Origin: Candidatus Marinacidobacterales bacterium
Lineage (GTDB): Bacteria > Acidobacteriota > Vicinamibacteria > Marinacidobacterales > SMYC01
Length of the DNA stretch: 64,000 bases
Reading direction: 5' to 3'
Assembly: GCA_965237955.1 (NCBI GenBank)
Contig: OZ250169.1
Location: 6,240,001-6,304,000 of the forward strand
Shown: in pieces, positions 19,153 to 29,269 of the stretch
Numbering within the stretch: the first letter of the stretch is position 1
Layout of the letters: each line of letters opens with the position of its first letter
Made by a program: the position numbers and the translations under genes
The notes under the pieces: model-generated
Told to the model about the DNA's origin: nothing
Database searches by the model: none
What the model saw: the letters and a program-made list of their open reading frames with translations, nothing else

Positions 19153-20295
19153 TCACTCGAGACTCTGGATCGCTTCCCGAATGGCCTGCGCCTGCTCCTC
19201 GTCCAACGGGAGCTCGAGCGCCGCCTTGAGCGTGGAACGAGCTTCGTCGGATCTATCGAGTCTCTCGAGAAGCGCAGCAAGGTTCAAAAACGCCGGGACG
19301 AACTGGGATCGTTTTCGGATCGCTTCCCGGTAGGCCGTCTCCGCGGCGACAACGTCGCCCATGGCCTCGCTCACGATCGCCAACGAGAACGAAGCCCCCT
19401 CGAAGTCGCGGTTGCGCTCCAGCAGGATTTCGAGCACTTCGCGCGCCTCCGCGTAGTCCTCCGTGTATTGCAGCGCGAGCGCGAGGTTGAAGCTCGCCTC
19501 GTCGTGTGGCTCGGGGCGCATCGTCAACGAGCGCAGAATCTCGATCGCGTCCGCGTACTTGCGCTGGGCCAGCTGAATCGTTCCCAGATTGAACCTGACA
19601 TCTTCGTTGGTGGGTCGTCGCTCGAGTGCCTGGATGAACGACTCCTCCGCCTCATCCAGATCTCCGAGCCGGAACGCGAGCGCACCCAGTGACATCAAGA
19701 TCTCGAAATTCTCAGTCGTCCCGTGAGACGCGTGGCGCAAGTTCTCCTGCGCGAGCTCGGTCTTTCCCTGCGCGACCTGCCACTCGGCCAAAGCGATATT
19801 CGCCTCCGGATGATCGCGATCGATCTCGAGAGCGGCCGCGAAAGCTTTCGCCGCGACGTCCTCCTCCCCTTGTTCGCGCGCCGCCCGCCCGAGAATGTAG
19901 TAGGCGTCTGGATCGGACGGCTCGCGTTCCAGAGCAAGCTCGACTTTCTGGCGCGCGGCTTTGAAGTTCCCCATCTCCACGTAGGCGATTGCCGCTTGAA
20001 TCAGGACCATGGGCTCTTTGAGACGCGTCTCGCGCCGCATGCCCATCATCCCGAGCGCGGCCTCGAGCTCCCTCGCCGCTTCCTGGTTGCGGCCGACCTT
20101 CAAGTACGCGAGCCCGAGATGATAACGATAGTCGGGAATGTCGGATTCGAGAGCTCGAGCCCGGGAAAGTAGATCGACCGCCTGTTCGTACTCGCCCGCG
20201 TTGTAGCGCTCGACTCCGGCGGCATAGAGCTCAGCCGGGTCATCCTGCGCAATCGTGCTCGTCAGAACACTAGCGAGGATGTACGCTGTCCACAC
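19153..20295 (-). CDS. Secreted tetratricopeptide repeat protein
   Basis: Signal-like N-terminus; about 10 TPR-like repeats. Confidence 0.85.
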   Translation of the reverse strand: MWTAYILASVLTSTIAQDDPAELYAAGVERYNAGEYEQAVDLLSRARALESDIPDYRYHLGLAYLKVGRNQEAARELEAALGMMGMRRETRLKEPMVLIQAAIAYVEMGNFKAARQKVELALEREPSDPDAYYILGRAAREQGEEDVAAKAFAAALEIDRDHPEANIALAEWQVAQGKTELAQENLRHASHGTTENFEILMSLGALAFRLGDLDEAEESFIQALERRPTNEDVRFNLGTIQLAQRKYADAIEILRSLTMRPEPHDEASFNLALALQYTEDYAEAREVLEILLERNRDFEGASFSLAIVSEAMGDVVAAETAYREAIRKRSQFVPAFLNLAALLERLDRSDEARSTLKAALELPLDEEQAQAIREAIQSLE

Positions 20296-20348
20296 CCGTC
20301 ACTATAGCGCAGGAAGCAGCACAGAGCGGCCTAGCCGGAACCAAGAAA

Positions 20349-20606
20349 CTCAACGCAAAGACGCCAAGACGCGGAGACGCAAAGAAAGGTCAGCATCTGA
20401 ATGCAGATCTTTGCGCCCTGCGGCGCTTGTTCGGGCTACGCGCCTCCCATTTCGGCAGGAAAGCAGGAGTCTCAGGAACTCAGGACGGGAAAGAGGACGC
20501 CAAAGATCACGCCGGTGAGAAAGACGCCACGCCCAGAGACTAAACAGAGGATCAGCGCCGAAGGCGCCCACTTTGCGCCTTTGCGACTCTGCGCCTTTGC
20601 GTTGAG
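20349..20606. repeat. Octamer (ACGCAAAG) palindromic element, copy 1
   Basis: ctcaacgcaaagacgccaagacgcggagacgcaaag ... ctttgcgcctttgcgactctgcgcctttgcgttgag. Confidence 0.85.
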
Positions 20607-20655
20607 ATTTTTTTCGCCGGAAACAAGCTTACTGACGTTAGCCGGCGCCAGCCGG

Positions 20656-21762
20656 TCAGCGCCGACCTTTCCGACCCGTGGCTCTAGCTGATGGCTGATG
20701 GCCGATGGCTGATGGCGCGACCTCCCGAATGATCTTGTAGACCATCGATGACACCGGCACGGTCGCCAACTCGTCGAGCCGGACCCATTTGCTAAGGCGA
20801 TCGTTCGGGACAGGCTTGACAGGACCTTCGAGCTTAGCGGAAAAAGCATACAAATCGATTCTTCGGTTCATGATGTTGTGCTTCACGCGCGCGAGCTCGG
20901 CGTCGGGCTGTACCGTGAGTCCGTATTTTTCGCGCGACTCCCTCGCAAGCGCCGCACGAGGACTTTCGCCCGCCAAGCACTCTCCTCCCGGGAACTCCCA
21001 CATATCTTTCATCACTTCGGTTCCGGTACGCCGATACATGAGATAGCTACCTCGTCGTTCGATGAGGGCAGCAGCCATCGTCACCCTAACGCTTGCCGGA
21101 CGCGGGGGCAGCTCGGGGAGCTCTTCCTCGAGCCCGAGTTTTCGAGCCTCGCAGTGGGCCCGGACCGGGCATACGAGGCAGCGTGGGTTTCTCGGCGTGC
21201 ACACGAGTGCACCCAATTCCATGAGGGCCTGGTTGAACTCCGCTACGGAACGCTTCGGGAGTATCTCCTCGGCCACGCGCCAAAGCTCGCGATTCGTTTC
21301 ACCGGTGCGTGGGTCTCCACGAACGACAAACCAGCGAGACAACACCCGCATCACGTTGCCATCCAAGATCGGGGCCCACTTGCCGAACGCGATCGAAACG
21401 ACCGCCCCCGCGGTATAGCGTCCCACTCCGGCGAGTTTCATCCAACTGGCAACGGTGTCGGGGAACTTGCCGCCGAGCTCCTCGACGATGGTCCCCGCGG
21501 CGCGATGAAGTGCGCGCGCGCGACGGTAGTAGCCGAGCCCAGACCACGCCGCGAGCACGTCCTCCTCGGAGGCGTGCGCGAGTGCATGGACGTCGGGGAA
21601 CGCGTCGACGAACCGCTCGAAGTACGGCACCACGGTGGCGATCTGGGTTTGCTGCAGCATGACCTCCGACAGCCATACCCGATAAGCGTCGGGGCTCTCG
21701 CGCCATGGAAGCGGGCGTCGATGTCGCCGGTACCATCGCAGTAGACGCGCGTTTCGGCTCAC
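20656..21762 (-). CDS. mutY: A/G-specific adenine glycosylase
   Basis: WLSEVMLQQTQ, WSGLGYYRRAR, HhH GVGRYTAGA, CxxxxxxCxxCxxxxxC Fe-S motif, NUDIX-like C-terminus. Confidence 0.95.
   Translation of the reverse strand: MSRNARLLRWYRRHRRPLPWRESPDAYRVWLSEVMLQQTQIATVVPYFERFVDAFPDVHALAHASEEDVLAAWSGLGYYRRARALHRAAGTIVEELGGKFPDTVASWMKLAGVGRYTAGAVVSIAFGKWAPILDGNVMRVLSRWFVVRGDPRTGETNRELWRVAEEILPKRSVAEFNQALMELGALVCTPRNPRCLVCPVRAHCEARKLGLEEELPELPPRPASVRVTMAAALIERRGSYLMYRRTGTEVMKDMWEFPGGECLAGESPRAALARESREKYGLTVQPDAELARVKHNIMNRRIDLYAFSAKLEGPVKPVPNDRLSKWVRLDELATVPVSSMVYKIIREVAPSAIGHQPSARATGRKGRR
20687..20717. repeat. Heptamer array (GCTGATG)x4 inside the mutY 3' end
   Basis: gctgatg gctgatg gccgatg gctgatg. 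Confidence 0.8.
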
Positions 21763-21827
21763 GGCGGCATCGTATCAGACCCTTGATCAGCGACGGGATC
21801 GTTTTGGCGTCACGTCTTCGCCTTCGT

Positions 21828-21856
21828 TTGCACATCGAATCCGGCGAGGCTATCCT
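21828..21856 (+). promoter_or_regulatory. sigma70-type promoter of the TPR gene
   Basis: TTGCAC-N17-TATCCT, 12 nt before ATG 21869. Confidence 0.6.
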
Positions 21857-21868
21857 GGGCGCGCCATC

Positions 21869-22804
21869 ATGAGTCGCATTCCTCTGGACGAGCGCTACGT
21901 CGACCTCGGGGTCAAGGCTATCGACGAGGCGGACTTGGACAAAGCCCTCCGCTATCTGAGCCGGGCGCTGTCACTGAACCCGAGCTCCTATCTCGCGTAC
22001 TACAACCGCGGCGTAGCCTACGACCTGCAGGAGCGTCTCGAAGAGGCTCTCGCGGACTACGAGCGGGCGCTGGCCGTTCAAACGAACCACCTCGCGTCTC
22101 TGCACAATCGTGCCGTCATCCTCAGGGAGCTAGGCCGACCCGAGGAAGCAATCGTTGGGTTCGACCAGGTGCTTCGGTTCGAGCCCGACAGCAGCGACGT
22201 GCTCTACAACCGCGGCGCGGCGCTCGCAGACTTGAAGCGCTGGCCCGAAGCATTGCACGAATACGACCGGGCGATCGCAGCAGCCCCCGACACAGTCGCT
22301 GCGCGTATCGCGAAAGGCAACGCGTTTCTCGAGCTCGAGCAAATCGACATGGCCGTCGCCGCTGCAGAGGAAGTTCTCGCTATGGATGCCGGTTCGGTCG
22401 AGGGACATGTGCTCAAAGGTCTCGCGCGATTCGACGCCGGCAAGGCCGAGCAAGCGGTGCACGAGTTCACCCGTGCGCTCGGGACCACGCCCGATGACCA
22501 TAGCGCGCTGCTCCATCGCGGCATCGTGCTTCTACAGCTCGGTCGCAACCAGGAAGCGGCATTGGACCTCCAGTACGCGCTCAAGAATCATCCCGATTGC
22601 GATGAAGCGTTCTATCACCTGGCCATCGCTTACGTACACCTTGGCAATCGCGACGCCGCTATCGACGCACTTCAAACGGCAATCGACATCGATCCGCCCC
22701 GAAGAGCCGAAGCGAAGAAGGCGGCGGAGTTCGAACCGCTTCGCACCGAGCCACGGTTCAAAGCCGTCATCGGCGGAAAACGTGGAAGAAACCAAAGAAG
22801 CTGA
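21869..22804 (+). CDS. Tetratricopeptide repeat protein
   Basis: Repeated AYYNRG/LHNRA/LYNRG TPR units. Confidence 0.88.
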   Translation: MSRIPLDERYVDLGVKAIDEADLDKALRYLSRALSLNPSSYLAYYNRGVAYDLQERLEEALADYERALAVQTNHLASLHNRAVILRELGRPEEAIVGFDQVLRFEPDSSDVLYNRGAALADLKRWPEALHEYDRAIAAAPDTVAARIAKGNAFLELEQIDMAVAAAEEVLAMDAGSVEGHVLKGLARFDAGKAEQAVHEFTRALGTTPDDHSALLHRGIVLLQLGRNQEAALDLQYALKNHPDCDEAFYHLAIAYVHLGNRDAAIDALQTAIDIDPPRRAEAKKAAEFEPLRTEPRFKAVIGGKRGRNQRS

Positions 22805-22952
22805 AACGCCCGCCCCAGGCGAAACGCCCGCCGGCAATCCCGAGGCGCTCGTCAGGACCTGCCCCAACTGCTCATCGACACTGAACGAAACCCGCTGCAA
22901 GCTCGTTTGCCCGAGGTGTCACTACTATATGAGCTGCTCGGATTATTATTGA
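22782..22952 (+). CDS. Small zinc-finger protein (56 aa)
   Basis: GTG start; CPNC...RCKLVCPRCHYYMSCSDYY. Confidence 0.7.
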   Translation: MEETKEAETPAPGETPAGNPEALVRTCPNCSSTLNETRCKLVCPRCHYYMSCSDYY

Positions 22953-22954
22953 AA

Positions 22955-23983
22955 TCAGCATCCAGCATTCAGCGAGCTCAGCAACTGCTTCGCGAGTCTC
23001 TGATAATACGAAACCGCTTCCACCGCCTCGCGTTTCCCTAACTTCTCCGCGTTCGTGTGCGCGTCGTGGATCGAGCCTGGGCCCAAAAGAAGAGGCTTGC
23101 CGAAAGCGTGAAGGGCTGGGATATCGGTGCCGAAGGATACCGGGGCGGTGTCGAAGCCGGGCACCGTCTCGCAGAACACGGCGTCGGATTGATTGATGAT
23201 CTCGTAGCTCAACTTGGGGTGGCGCTCGAGAATGCGGTCTATTTTCGCTTGGACGTCCGCCACCTTCCCGACGACACGGATGAAGACATCGGATTCGGCC
23301 TCGGGTGCGAACACGTTCGCGGCGAGGCCTCCGTGAATCGTGCCCACGTTAATCGTAGCGTCGCCGAGCACCTCGTTCGTGCCCCAATCTTGGTTACGGA
23401 TCTCTGCGAGGGCGTCGAGTAAGAACGCGATCGCCGACTCGCCGAGATGCGGGTAAGCCGAATGCGCCGCCTTGCCGCGTGCCGTGAGCTTGAACTTGAA
23501 CGCGCCCTTGTGGCCCGTCGCCATGCGGTTTTCAGTCGGCTCGCCAACAACGACGTAGCGAGCGTCCGATTCGAGATCGTTAGCGACGATGGCCCCGGCA
23601 CTATCCACCTCTTCGCCGACGACGAAAAGAAGACCGACGTCGCGAATGCCGGCCTCACGAAGCGCCATCGTCGCCAGAACCATCGTCGCTGCAATCCCCT
23701 TCGCGTCGCACGAGCCCCGACCATAGATGTATTCGTCGTCTTCCGAGCTTTGATAAAACGGCGGTACGGTGTCGATGTGGGTGCAAAAGACCATGCGCGG
23801 TGAGACGCCTTCGTTGACCGCGTACACGTTCGGGCGTTCGGGCGCGACCTGTTGCAGGTTTACCGCAAACCCTTTCGCGGTCAGGTCGTCCCCGAGAAAA
23901 CGGGCGACCTCGCCTTCCTCGCCGCTGACCGATGGGATATCGATGATCTTCCGTATATAAGCAAAGAGCTCAAGCTCGTTCAT
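22955..23983 (-). CDS. M20 family metallo-hydrolase (ArgE/DapE-like)
   Basis: THIDTVPP, GRGSCDAKG, GEE, GEPT, GKAAHSAYP, GPGSIHDAHT. Confidence 0.9.
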   Translation of the reverse strand: MNELELFAYIRKIIDIPSVSGEEGEVARFLGDDLTAKGFAVNLQQVAPERPNVYAVNEGVSPRMVFCTHIDTVPPFYQSSEDDEYIYGRGSCDAKGIAATMVLATMALREAGIRDVGLLFVVGEEVDSAGAIVANDLESDARYVVVGEPTENRMATGHKGAFKFKLTARGKAAHSAYPHLGESAIAFLLDALAEIRNQDWGTNEVLGDATINVGTIHGGLAANVFAPEAESDVFIRVVGKVADVQAKIDRILERHPKLSYEIINQSDAVFCETVPGFDTAPVSFGTDIPALHAFGKPLLLGPGSIHDAHTNAEKLGKREAVEAVSYYQRLAKQLLSSLNAGC

Positions 23984-24519
23984 GACTTATTCTTCCCCAC
24001 CTTGGAGGCAAGCATAATGCTTCGGCCCTCTGGATCGGTCGTCGTCACCACGCGGTAGCCCCACGGCATTTCCTGGGGAGGCCCCATGAACGCTGCGCCT
24101 TTGGCAATGAGCTGCGCGTAGGCCTTGTCCACGTCTTTGACGACGAAATAGAGAGTCGGCTCTTTCGGAAGAGGCTGCTCCCCGTGCATGTCGGGATGAG
24201 GCGGCATGAAACCAATCGTCGAGCTTTCGGAGGTCCTCACCATCAAATAGTTGAGCCCTTCGGTATCGCGCGTCTCGGTCTCGAGCTCCAGAATCTGGTC
24301 GTAGAACTTCCGAAGCTGATCGACCTTGTAAGTCAGGAAGTCGACGTGTTGGGTCTGGATGCGGAGCGCGCTCGCACCTCGGCGTTTCCCAGGTTTTTTC
24401 GACGCGGCTTTGGCCCGTGATTTGGCTTTGATCGTCCTCGACTTCTTCGCGGCGGACGTTTTCGTCACCGCATTGCTCGCGCGACTCGTCTTCTTCGTGC
24501 GGCTGGCCTTTTTCGCCAT
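23980..24519 (-). CDS. VOC/glyoxalase-fold protein with Lys/Arg-rich histone-like N-terminal tail
   Basis: Start re-set to MAKKASR; LYFVVKDVDKAY and EMPWGYR...DPEGR motifs. Confidence 0.8.
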   Translation of the reverse strand: MAKKASRTKKTSRASNAVTKTSAAKKSRTIKAKSRAKAASKKPGKRRGASALRIQTQHVDFLTYKVDQLRKFYDQILELETETRDTEGLNYLMVRTSESSTIGFMPPHPDMHGEQPLPKEPTLYFVVKDVDKAYAQLIAKGAAFMGPPQEMPWGYRVVTTTDPEGRSIMLASKVGKNKS

Positions 24520-24523
24520 GGTA

Positions 24524-25567
24524 TTACTGTCGATCGGCGAGGCTCTTCCAATACCGGCTGTGAGACTTCCGTACGTCGCGCACCAGCTCACGAGCGGCGT
24601 CGCCAGGATCATCCACCGACGGACGCTCACCGCTCGACACCATCACTGTGAGCACCGACACGATCGATTTCTCGAGCGCACCGAGATCGTACCCCCCTTC
24701 GAGTACGAAAACAGTCCGCCCCGCGCACGTGCTTCGAGCCAGCCGCAAAATCTCCGCGGTCATGGCCGCATAGCCGTCCCGGGTGACGTTCATCCCTCCG
24801 AGGGGGTCGTCCCGATGGGCATCGAATCCCGCGGAGACGAGGACGAGCTCAGGAGCGAACTCCTGTCCAACCGGCACGACGACGTCCGAGAACACACTCA
24901 CGTACTCCGCATCGCCCATGCCCGGCGGCATCGGTACGTTCAGGGTGAACCCTTCGCCCTCGTCTTTTCCGACCTCATCCAGAGCGCCGGTGCCGGGATA
25001 GTGCGGTGATTGATGTGTCGAAACGTAGAGCACTTCGGGCGACGTGTAAAACGCCTTCTGCGTGCCGTTGCCGTGGTGCACATCGAAATCGATGACGAGG
25101 ATTCGCTTCAGCTGAAAACGCTGCTGTGCGTACCTCGCTGCGATGGCGACGTTGTTGAACACGCAAAACCCCATCGCCTTGTCCGGTTTCGCGTGATGGC
25201 CGGGAGGACGCGAGAACGCGAACGCACTTTCGACCTTGCCATCCAACACCGCCTCGACGCCTATTAGCGCCGCTCCCGCCGCCAGATGGGCCACCATCGC
25301 GGTATCTCTCGACGCGACGGTGTCGGCATCGAGAAACGTCTTGTCGCGGTTTCCAGACGCGATGACCTCTTCGTATAGGCGGTCCCAATGGACGAGAAGG
25401 ATTTCGTCTCGCTCCGCAGGTCGAGGCGTCAGCGGTTCGAGCTTGCCCGAAAGCGAGGCGTCGTCGAGAGCACGGGACACGGCGTCGACCCGCAACCCCG
25501 ATTCGGGATGTCCCTTACCGGTGTCGTGTTTCTTGAGCTCCTCGGTGAAAACGACGCCTGTCCTCAT
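24524..25567 (-). CDS. Zn-dependent histone deacetylase family protein
   Basis: GHPE, RPPGHHA, GFCVFNN, DFDVHHGNGTQ, SAGFD, LEGGY. Confidence 0.93.
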   Translation of the reverse strand: MRTGVVFTEELKKHDTGKGHPESGLRVDAVSRALDDASLSGKLEPLTPRPAERDEILLVHWDRLYEEVIASGNRDKTFLDADTVASRDTAMVAHLAAGAALIGVEAVLDGKVESAFAFSRPPGHHAKPDKAMGFCVFNNVAIAARYAQQRFQLKRILVIDFDVHHGNGTQKAFYTSPEVLYVSTHQSPHYPGTGALDEVGKDEGEGFTLNVPMPPGMGDAEYVSVFSDVVVPVGQEFAPELVLVSAGFDAHRDDPLGGMNVTRDGYAAMTAEILRLARSTCAGRTVFVLEGGYDLGALEKSIVSVLTVMVSSGERPSVDDPGDAARELVRDVRKSHSRYWKSLADRQ

Positions 25568-25624
25568 CCCCTCACCTGTCATGGAGCCGGACGTTCATGC
25601 AGGCGTACACGCTGGTGTCTCCCC

Positions 25625-26872
25625 TCATCCTTTCGCCGGATAGCGTCTGAACAAAAGGGCCGCGTTGGTGCCGCCGAATCCGAACGAGTTCGACAACGCA
25701 TAGTCGAACTCTAACTTTCGCGCTTCGTTGGGAACGTAGTCCAAATCACATTCCGGGTCGGGAGTCTCGTAGTTCATCGTCGGAGGCACGACCTGCTCTC
25801 TCAGCGCGAGCACGGTGATTCCCGCCTCGAGTCCACCGGAGCCGCCGAGGAGGTGCCCGGTCATCGACTTGGTAGAGCTCACCTTGAGCATCTCGGCGTG
25901 CTCTCCGAACACCGCCCGGATCGCCATCGTCTCGGTACGATCGTTGTAAGGCGTCGAGGTGCCGTGCGCGTTGACGTAGCCGACCACGCTCGGCTCGACG
26001 CCTGCATCCGATATGGCGTTTCGCATGACACGTTTCGCCCCATCACCATCCTCGGAGGGAGTGGTCATGTGAAACGCGTCGGAGCTCATCCCATAGCCGA
26101 CAAGCTCTGCATAGACCGGCGCGCCCCGCGCTCTCGCACTCTCGAGCTCCTCGAGGATGACAACGCCCGCACCTTCTCCGACGACAAACCCGTCACGGTT
26201 CTTGTCGAACGGGCGCGAAGCCGTGGCGGGATCGTCGTTGCGCGTCGAAAGCGCCCTCATCGCCGCGAACCCACCCACTCCCATCGGGGTGATCGCGGCT
26301 TCGGAGCCCCCGGCAATCATCGCGTCGGCGTCACCCCGTTGGATGATCTTCATCGCGTCGCCGATGGCGTGGGCACTCGCCGAGCATGCGGTGGCGGATG
26401 CGGAGTTGGGACCCTTTGCGCCGAATCGAATCGAGACGTGCCCAGCAGCCAGGTTGATAATCATGGCGGGAATGAAAAACGGGGAAATCTTCCTCGGCCC
26501 ACTCGTAAGCAGCACCGAATGTTCTTTTTCGATGGTGGCGAAGCCACCGATGCCGGAGCTGATGTAAACACCCACACGCTCGGCGTTTGCCTCCCCGATC
26601 GAAAGCCTAGAATCTTCCATCGCGAACGTCGACGCCGCGAGAGCGTACTGGATAAAGGCGTCCATCTTCTTGACGTCTTTTTTCGAAACGTAGCTGAGCG
26701 GATCGAAGTCCTTCACCTCGCCGGCGATACGAACGCTGAAATCGGCAGGGTCGAAGTGAGTAATCGGACCGATACCGGACGTGCCCGATAACAGACCGTC
26801 CCATGTCTGTTTGGTGCCTACGCCGAGCGCGGAAACGAGCCCCACGCCGGTGACGACGACTCTACGGCTCAA
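25625..26872 (-). CDS. fabF: Beta-ketoacyl-ACP synthase II
   Basis: [31 protein letters not shown]. Confidence 0.96.
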   Translation of the reverse strand: MSRRVVVTGVGLVSALGVGTKQTWDGLLSGTSGIGPITHFDPADFSVRIAGEVKDFDPLSYVSKKDVKKMDAFIQYALAASTFAMEDSRLSIGEANAERVGVYISSGIGGFATIEKEHSVLLTSGPRKISPFFIPAMIINLAAGHVSIRFGAKGPNSASATACSASAHAIGDAMKIIQRGDADAMIAGGSEAAITPMGVGGFAAMRALSTRNDDPATASRPFDKNRDGFVVGEGAGVVILEELESARARGAPVYAELVGYGMSSDAFHMTTPSEDGDGAKRVMRNAISDAGVEPSVVGYVNAHGTSTPYNDRTETMAIRAVFGEHAEMLKVSSTKSMTGHLLGGSGGLEAGITVLALREQVVPPTMNYETPDPECDLDYVPNEARKLEFDYALSNSFGFGGTNAALLFRRYPAKG

Positions 26873-26884
26873 TCGGACCTCGCG

Positions 26885-27121
26885 CTACTTCTTGTTCGCG
26901 GTGATGTAGGACACCGCCTCTTTCACGCGGGTGATCTTCTCCGCATCCTCGTCCGGGATCTCGAGACCGAACTCCTCTTCGAGCGCCATGACGAGCTCGA
27001 CCTGGTCGAGAGAGTCAGCACCGAGGTCGTCGACGAAAGCAGCATCTTCGGTGACCTGATCTAGGTCGACGCCGAGCTGCTCGACGATAATGCCTTTGAC
27101 CTTTTCTGGAATATTGCTCAT
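26885..27121 (-). CDS. acpP: Acyl carrier protein
   Basis: [20 protein letters not shown]; GAGG RBS before MSNIPEK. Confidence 0.96.
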   Translation of the reverse strand: MSNIPEKVKGIIVEQLGVDLDQVTEDAAFVDDLGADSLDQVELVMALEEEFGLEIPDEDAEKITRVKEAVSYITANKK

Positions 27122-27132
27122 CGAAATCCTCC

Positions 27133-27867
27133 TCACATGTACAAACCACCATTAACTTGTAAAACTTGTCCGGTAACGTAACCCGCACCCTCGGATGCGA
27201 GATAAAGCACCGCGTTTGCGACTTCGCTCGGCTGCCCGATCCGATGCATCGGAATCGCCTCTCGCAACGCGTCGGTCGCGTCCGAGGGAAGAGCTCTCGT
27301 CATATCCGTCTCGATATATCCCGGGGCGACCGCGTTGACGGTAACGTTCCGGGAAGCCACCTCTCGGGCCAACGACTTGGTAAATCCGAGCATGGCCGCT
27401 TTCGAAGCCGCGTAGTTCACTTGACCTGCGTTTCCCATCAATCCCACGACCGAGCTCATGTTGATAATGCGGCCCGAACGCTGGCGAATCATAGGTCGCA
27501 AGACCGCTTGGCTGCAATAGTAGAGCCCGTTGAGGTTGGTGGCGATGACCGTGTCCCAATCCTCGGGCTTCATACGCATGAGCAAGTTGTCCCGGGTAAT
27601 GCCGGCGTTGTTGACGAGGATATCGAGGTGGCCACGCTTCTCGAGCACCGACTTGATCGCGGTGTCGACGGCCGCGCGGTCGGAAACGTCCATGGCGATG
27701 CCCGAGGCCGCCGCCCCGAGCTCTTCCGCGGCGGCGCGCGCCGTTTCCTGGTTACGTCCCGTCAAAACGACACTGACACCGCGCTCTGCAAGAGCGGACG
27801 CGATCGCGCGACCAATACCGCGCGAGCCTCCGGTGACGAGGGCGACCTTGCCGTCCCATTCAGACAA
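27133..27867 (-). CDS. fabG: 3-oxoacyl-ACP reductase
   Basis: [21 protein letters not shown]. Confidence 0.96.
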   Translation of the reverse strand: MSEWDGKVALVTGGSRGIGRAIASALAERGVSVVLTGRNQETARAAAEELGAAASGIAMDVSDRAAVDTAIKSVLEKRGHLDILVNNAGITRDNLLMRMKPEDWDTVIATNLNGLYYCSQAVLRPMIRQRSGRIINMSSVVGLMGNAGQVNYAASKAAMLGFTKSLAREVASRNVTVNAVAPGYIETDMTRALPSDATDALREAIPMHRIGQPSEVANAVLYLASEGAGYVTGQVLQVNGGLYM

Positions 27868-28804
27868 GGCTCGCCTCCCTCAAACGCTGGATACCCTCGG
27901 GAGAGCTCACCGAGAACGTTTCTGCGGCTCTCGTGATTTTCTTGACGAGGCGGGATAGCACCTTCCCCGGCCCGATCTCGACGAACCGGCGCACACCAGC
28001 GGAGACCATCCCATCGATGATTGCTTCCCAGCGTACTGGAGATGCCACTTGCCGCTCGAGCGCGTCTTTCGCCTGGGCGCCGCTGGTAATCGGTTTCGCG
28101 TCTACGTTGGTGAAAAGCGGCACGTCGAGCTCGGAAAAATCCGTGTTGTCCAAGTCACCCTTGAGCTTGACCGCCGCCGGCTCCATGAGCCGACAGTGAA
28201 ACGGTGCGCTGACGGCGAGAGGTAGCGCGCGACGGGCTCCGCGCTCTTTCGCGAGCTCGCACGCCCGAGCCACGGCTCCCTTGTGACCGGCAATGACGAC
28301 TTGCTTGCCGCCGTTCAGGTTCGCTGGCTCCACGACTTCGTTTTGGGCGGCATCGCGACAGACGCGTTCCACGTCTTCGACCGAGAGGCCAAGGACAGCG
28401 GCCATCGCGCCAACGCCGACGGGGACGGCTTCCTGCATGTAGCGACCGCGATTGCGGACGACTGTGACCGCGTTTTCGAGCGACAGAGCACCCGCGGCGA
28501 CGAGCGCGGAATACTCACCGAGGCTGTGGCCCGCGACGTAGTCCGGTTTTGCCCCTCTCGCGCGTAGTACTTCTGAAAGCGCTATGCTCGTGGTCAGGAT
28601 CGCGGGCTGGGTATTCTCCGTCAACTTGAGCTCGTCGTCAGGTCCCTCGAAGCAGAGCGTCGACAGTGAGAACCCTAGCGTCTCGTCCGCGACTTCGAAC
28701 ACACGTCGAGCCTCCTGGTAGCGTTCGGCGGCGTCTTTCCCCATTCCGGCGGCTTGCGAGCCTTGTCCGGGAAACAGAAACGCAACTTTACCTTCACGGC
28801 TCAT
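27860..28804 (-). CDS. fabD: Malonyl-CoA:ACP transacylase
   Basis: FPGQGSQ, GHSLGE, SAPFH. Confidence 0.96.
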   Translation of the reverse strand: MSREGKVAFLFPGQGSQAAGMGKDAAERYQEARRVFEVADETLGFSLSTLCFEGPDDELKLTENTQPAILTTSIALSEVLRARGAKPDYVAGHSLGEYSALVAAGALSLENAVTVVRNRGRYMQEAVPVGVGAMAAVLGLSVEDVERVCRDAAQNEVVEPANLNGGKQVVIAGHKGAVARACELAKERGARRALPLAVSAPFHCRLMEPAAVKLKGDLDNTDFSELDVPLFTNVDAKPITSGAQAKDALERQVASPVRWEAIIDGMVSAGVRRFVEIGPGKVLSRLVKKITRAAETFSVSSPEGIQRLREASLV

Positions 28805-28856
28805 CGCAGCTTGCTTCCTATGTCGAGGACGACGTGTGTGATCGAAAACGAACGAG

Positions 28857-28969
28857 CCGCCTTCTCGAGCGAGCCTGTCGAGCGGAGGGCTAGGCCGAAG
28901 GCCGAACTGGAACCCGCCTTCCGCAGCGAGCCTGTCGAGCGGAGGGCTAGGCCGAAGGCCGAACTGGAA
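28857..28969. repeat. Tandem duplication, period 57 bp, 45-bp identical core (REP-like)
   Basis: agcgagcctgtcgagcggagggctaggccgaaggccgaactggaa at 28868-28912 and 28925-28969. Confidence 0.9.
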
Positions 28970-29033
28970 GGATGCTGCAACGCCTCAGCGCCGAAAAGGA
29001 CCCGGAAATTGCGACAAGATCAGTGGGTCCAAG

Positions 29034-29216
29034 CTAGATTTCCTTGACTTCCATGACTTGGGCACCTTTGTAGTGCCCACAGCTAGGACATACCCGGTGT
29101 GGCTGTTTGGGCTGGTGACAGTTCGGGCACTCCGAGAGCGGTTTCTGGACAAGGGCGTCGTGGGCGCGACGCTTGCCTCTGCGGCTCTTCGAATGACGCC
29201 TCTTGGGATTAGCCAT
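29034..29216 (-). CDS. rpmF: 50S ribosomal protein L32 (Zn-binding form)
   Basis: MANPKRRHSKSRRGKRRAH, CPNC...CPSC. Confidence 0.96.
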   Translation of the reverse strand: MANPKRRHSKSRRGKRRAHDALVQKPLSECPNCHQPKQPHRVCPSCGHYKGAQVMEVKEI

Positions 29217-29269
29217 GTTTCAATAATCTCCATGTACTCGCGGGACGTTCTTCAACTGGCCTACTGGGC

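Noticed and set aside
28857-28969. Possible CRISPR array or tRNA
   Set aside because: Only two units with a 12-bp gap, no cas genes and no cloverleaf or T-loop motif.
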